Source of the DNA: Alphaproteobacteria bacterium
GTDB taxonomy: Bacteria > Pseudomonadota > Alphaproteobacteria > RF32 > CAG-239
Length of the DNA stretch: 50,296 nucleotides
Assembly (NCBI GenBank): GCA_017479785.1
Contig: JAFVBT010000083.1
Span: 1-50,296, forward strand
Reading direction: 5' to 3'
The number at the start of each line of letters is the position of its first letter. Position 1 is the first letter of the stretch. The notes under the pieces were generated by a model. The model had not been told where the DNA came from. It saw only the letters and a program-made list of their open reading frames with translations, and made no database searches. The position numbers were made by a program, and so were the translations under genes. This document shows positions 47,604 to 50,296 of the stretch, one piece after another.

Positions 47604-49154
47604 ATGTATAAATTGTCGTTACAAAAAATTTTGGTCATTATAGCCATTTGTTTGATCGGCGTATTTTTTGCCGTTCCGAATGTTTTGACCGATAAAACAA
47701 ACTTGCCGAAATGGTGGCAACCGGTTAATCTCGGCTTGGATTTGCAGGGCGGTTCAAGCTTGTTGTTACAAGTTAAAATGGATGATGTTTTAAAAGATAA
47801 AATGTCAACCTTGGAAGATTTGGTTCGCCAAACATTGCGTGAGAAAAAAGTTCGTTATAAGGATTTGAACTCGGATAAGGATGGCGTAACGGTCGTGATT
47901 GAAGATTATGCGGCGCGTGATAAAGTAAAAGAGCCTTTCCGTAAACTGGATGAAGGTTTGGATGTCAGTGAAGACGAGAATGGCGAAGGCAAAGTTACAA
48001 TTACCTATAACGAACAGGCTATTGCTCGTGTAAAAGCCAATGCCATTGAACAATCGGTAGACATTGTACGTCGTCGTATTGATGAACTCGGCACCAAAGA
48101 GCCGATTGTACAAGGGCAAGGTTCTGACCGTATATTGGTACAGTTACCGGGTGTTCAAAATCCGGAAAGTGTTAAAATTTTGCTCGGAAAAACCGCAAAA
48201 ATGGCTTTCCATTTGGTAGATGAAACAACATCCGTGACACAAGCCAGAAGAGGTAAACTCAGTAAAAATTCGCGTATTATGAGCGGTTCGGAAGGCGAAC
48301 AATATGTGGTTATCAGAAAGCCGGTTGTCGGCGGCGAAAATTTGACTGATGCACGTGTTTCGTTCCAAGAAGGACAACCGGTAGTCAGTTTCCGTTTTAA
48401 TACCATTGGCGGGCGCAAGTTTGCCGAAGTAACCAGCAATCATATCGGCGAGAGATTGGCGATTGTTTTGGATAATGAAGTTATTTCAGCACCGAATATT
48501 CAAACAGCTATTACCGGCGGCAGCGGTGTGATTACCGGCAACTTTACAACTAAATCCGCTAACGATTTGGCCTTGTTATTGCGTTCAGGTGCATTGCCTG
48601 CGCCGTTGGAAGTTATGGAAGAACGCACGGTCGGAGCCGGCTTGGGCGCCGATTCCATTCATGACGGTGTTGTGGCCTCCGTTGTCGGTTTTGTTGCTGT
48701 TATTATCTTTATGATTTTAGCCTACGGCTTATTCGGTTTGATGGTTGATGTAACATTATTCTTGAATTTAGCGATTATGCTCGGAGCCATGAGCTTTATC
48801 GGCACAACGCTAACGTTGCCGGGTATTGCCGGTATCATTTTGACAATCGGTATGGCGGTTGATGCCAACATTTTGATTTTTGAACGCATTCGTGAAGAAG
48901 TTAATCGCGGTCGCTCTATCCGTGATTCCATTACGGTCGGATTTACCGAAGCGTATCGGACAATTGTGGATTCTAACTTAACCACATTGATTGCCGGTGC
49001 AATTTTGTTTTATTTCGGCAGCGGACCGGTACGCGGTTTTGCCGTTACATTGACAATCGGTATTTTAACCTCAATGTTCACCTCGGTAACCGTCAGTCGT
49101 TTGATGGTTGAGGCTTGGTTGGCTAAGTTTAAGCCGACTAAATTACCATTATAA
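47604..49154 (+). CDS. secD: protein translocase subunit SecD
   Basis: 516 aa. Large periplasmic loop plus C-terminal 5-TM region with GMAVDANILIFERIREE. Confidence 0.95.
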   Translation: MYKLSLQKILVIIAICLIGVFFAVPNVLTDKTNLPKWWQPVNLGLDLQGGSSLLLQVKMDDVLKDKMSTLEDLVRQTLREKKVRYKDLNSDKDGVTVVIEDYAARDKVKEPFRKLDEGLDVSEDENGEGKVTITYNEQAIARVKANAIEQSVDIVRRRIDELGTKEPIVQGQGSDRILVQLPGVQNPESVKILLGKTAKMAFHLVDETTSVTQARRGKLSKNSRIMSGSEGEQYVVIRKPVVGGENLTDARVSFQEGQPVVSFRFNTIGGRKFAEVTSNHIGERLAIVLDNEVISAPNIQTAITGGSGVITGNFTTKSANDLALLLRSGALPAPLEVMEERTVGAGLGADSIHDGVVASVVGFVAVIIFMILAYGLFGLMVDVTLFLNLAIMLGAMSFIGTTLTLPGIAGIILTIGMAVDANILIFERIREEVNRGRSIRDSITVGFTEAYRTIVDSNLTTLIAGAILFYFGSGPVRGFAVTLTIGILTSMFTSVTVSRLMVEAWLAKFKPTKLPL

Positions 49155-49171
49155 TAAGAAGGAATAATAAG

Positions 49172-50107
49172 ATGAAAATATTTAGTTGGATTATAAAAGA
49201 CACCACAATAGACTTTTTGAAACTGCGTTATATCGGGTACGCTCTTTCCGTATTGTTGATAGCGGCATCTGTTGCCAGTATGACATTGCGCGGTTTTAAC
49301 TGGGGTATTGACTTCTCCGGCGGTGTGCTGATTGAAGTTAAAAGTAAAAACGGTCCGGTTGATGTTGACCAAATTCGTAAAGACTTGTCGGTACTCAAAT
49401 TAGATGAATTAAATTTGCAGTCAGTCGGACAGGGGAACGAACAGTTGATGATTCGCGCTCAAGCAGATAATGCCAATGAAGAAAGTCAACGTATTGCCGT
49501 TAATAAAATTAAAGAAATTTTGAGTAATGACTTTACGTTTGAACGTGTGGAATCAGTTGGTCCGCAGGTTGGTGATGAACTGAAAAAATCAGGTATTTGG
49601 GCTTCTATTTTGGCCTGTGTTGCCATTAGTTTATATATTTGGTTTCGTTTTGAATGGCGTTTTGCAATCGGTGCATTGCTCGGATTATTTCATGACATTA
49701 TTATCACGGTCGGGTTGCTGTCAATTATGCACTTTGACTTCAGTTTAACGACCATTGCCGCTATTTTGACATTGGTCGGTTATTCGGTTAACGATACAGT
49801 GGTAACATATGATCGTATTCGTGAAAACCTGCAAAAATACAAAAAAATGCCGCAATATGACTTATTGAATAAGAGTGTTAATGACATTTTTTCACGCACG
49901 ATTTTAACCAGCTTAACAACCTTGCTGGCATCTGTTGCTTTATTGGTGTTCGGCGGTGAAGCCTTGCGCAGTTTTGCTTTTGTGATTACGGTAGGCGTTG
50001 TTATCGGTACGTATTCTTCAATTTTTGTATCGGTACCTATTCTGAATTTCTTTGATTTGCGTAAGCAGCCGAAAGAAGAGGAAGTTAATCCTTTCGGTAA
50101 TATGTAA
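49172..50107 (+). CDS. secF: protein translocase subunit SecF
   Basis: 311 aa. ...GYSVNDTVVTYDRIREN... Confidence 0.95.
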   Translation: MKIFSWIIKDTTIDFLKLRYIGYALSVLLIAASVASMTLRGFNWGIDFSGGVLIEVKSKNGPVDVDQIRKDLSVLKLDELNLQSVGQGNEQLMIRAQADNANEESQRIAVNKIKEILSNDFTFERVESVGPQVGDELKKSGIWASILACVAISLYIWFRFEWRFAIGALLGLFHDIIITVGLLSIMHFDFSLTTIAAILTLVGYSVNDTVVTYDRIRENLQKYKKMPQYDLLNKSVNDIFSRTILTSLTTLLASVALLVFGGEALRSFAFVITVGVVIGTYSSIFVSVPILNFFDLRKQPKEEEVNPFGNM

Positions 50108-50126
50108 TCTCTTTTGCTGATGCAGG

Positions 50127-50160
50127 AAAATCCGTCGGCCGGAATGCCGGCGGATTTTTT
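50127..50160 (+). terminator. Rho-independent terminator of secF
   Basis: AAAATCCGTCGGC-CGGAAT-GCCGGCGGATTTT followed by a T-run. Confidence 0.8.
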
Positions 50161-50218
50161 GTAATAAGAAAACCCCCAGATAGTCTGGGGGTTCCGGAAA
50201 GCTTACAGCTTTACATCG

Positions 50219-50289
50219 TAAAACCTCCTTTATATAGTGAGTTATACAGTCTGACCACTGAATAACAAAATGATATAAAGGAGGTTTTA
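50219..50289 (+). promoter_or_regulatory. SD-sequestering 17-bp hairpin in the 5' UTR of a gene starting at 50292
   Basis: TAAAACCTCCTTTATAT (50219-50235) is the exact complement of ATATAAAGGAGGTTTTA (50273-50289). The right arm contains the SD AAGGAGG. ATG at 50292-50294. Confidence 0.5.
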
Positions 50290-50296
50290 AAATGAC

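Overview
Chromosomal window from a low-GC Gram-negative bacterium. Hand counts give about 40-45% G+C in housekeeping genes. Gene content and order look alphaproteobacterial (dnaA-dnaN-recF, EI-Ntr ptsP, RodZ-like HTH protein, J-domain/zinc-motif protein, obgE-rsfS-rlmH, yajC-secD-secF). Rubrerythrin plus a Dps-like ferritin suggest an anaerobic or microaerophilic lifestyle. Both the taxon and the lifestyle are inference. About 50 protein genes are supportable. They cover replication and repair (dnaA, dnaN, recF, dnaB, mutM), translation (rpsT, rplU, rpmA, prfA, obgE, rsfS, rlmH), Fe-S assembly (sufBCD), eno, galE, ptsP, secDF/yajC, hsp20, envelope proteins (two paralogous 8-strand-type OMPs, NlpD-like LysM/M23, lipoproteins) and several orphans. 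I saw no rRNA, tRNA, CRISPR array, transposase, integrase or recognisable defence gene. The signals most worth follow-up are non-coding or small. (1) A promoter-to-terminator structured RNA of about 200 nt lies upstream of a SLOG/DUF1273 gene and has competing terminator/antiterminator pairings. (2) An sRNA or leader of about 145 nt carries two CUCCUC anti-SD motifs that exactly complement the SD of the downstream HTH gene. (3) A perfect 17-bp hairpin sequesters the SD of the gene that starts at the right window edge. (4) An unannotated 44-aa Cys-containing ORF is coupled to hsp20. (5) A low-GC cassette encodes a sulfatase-like membrane enzyme, a 55-aa peptide and a kinase-like/methyltransferase fusion. 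(6) An AT-rich orphan gene between prfA and rlmH is bracketed by inverted GC-rich GTCATT elements. (7) A large protein with a glycine-zipper-like region is open to the left window edge. All functional interpretations of these items are hypotheses that need database or experimental checks.
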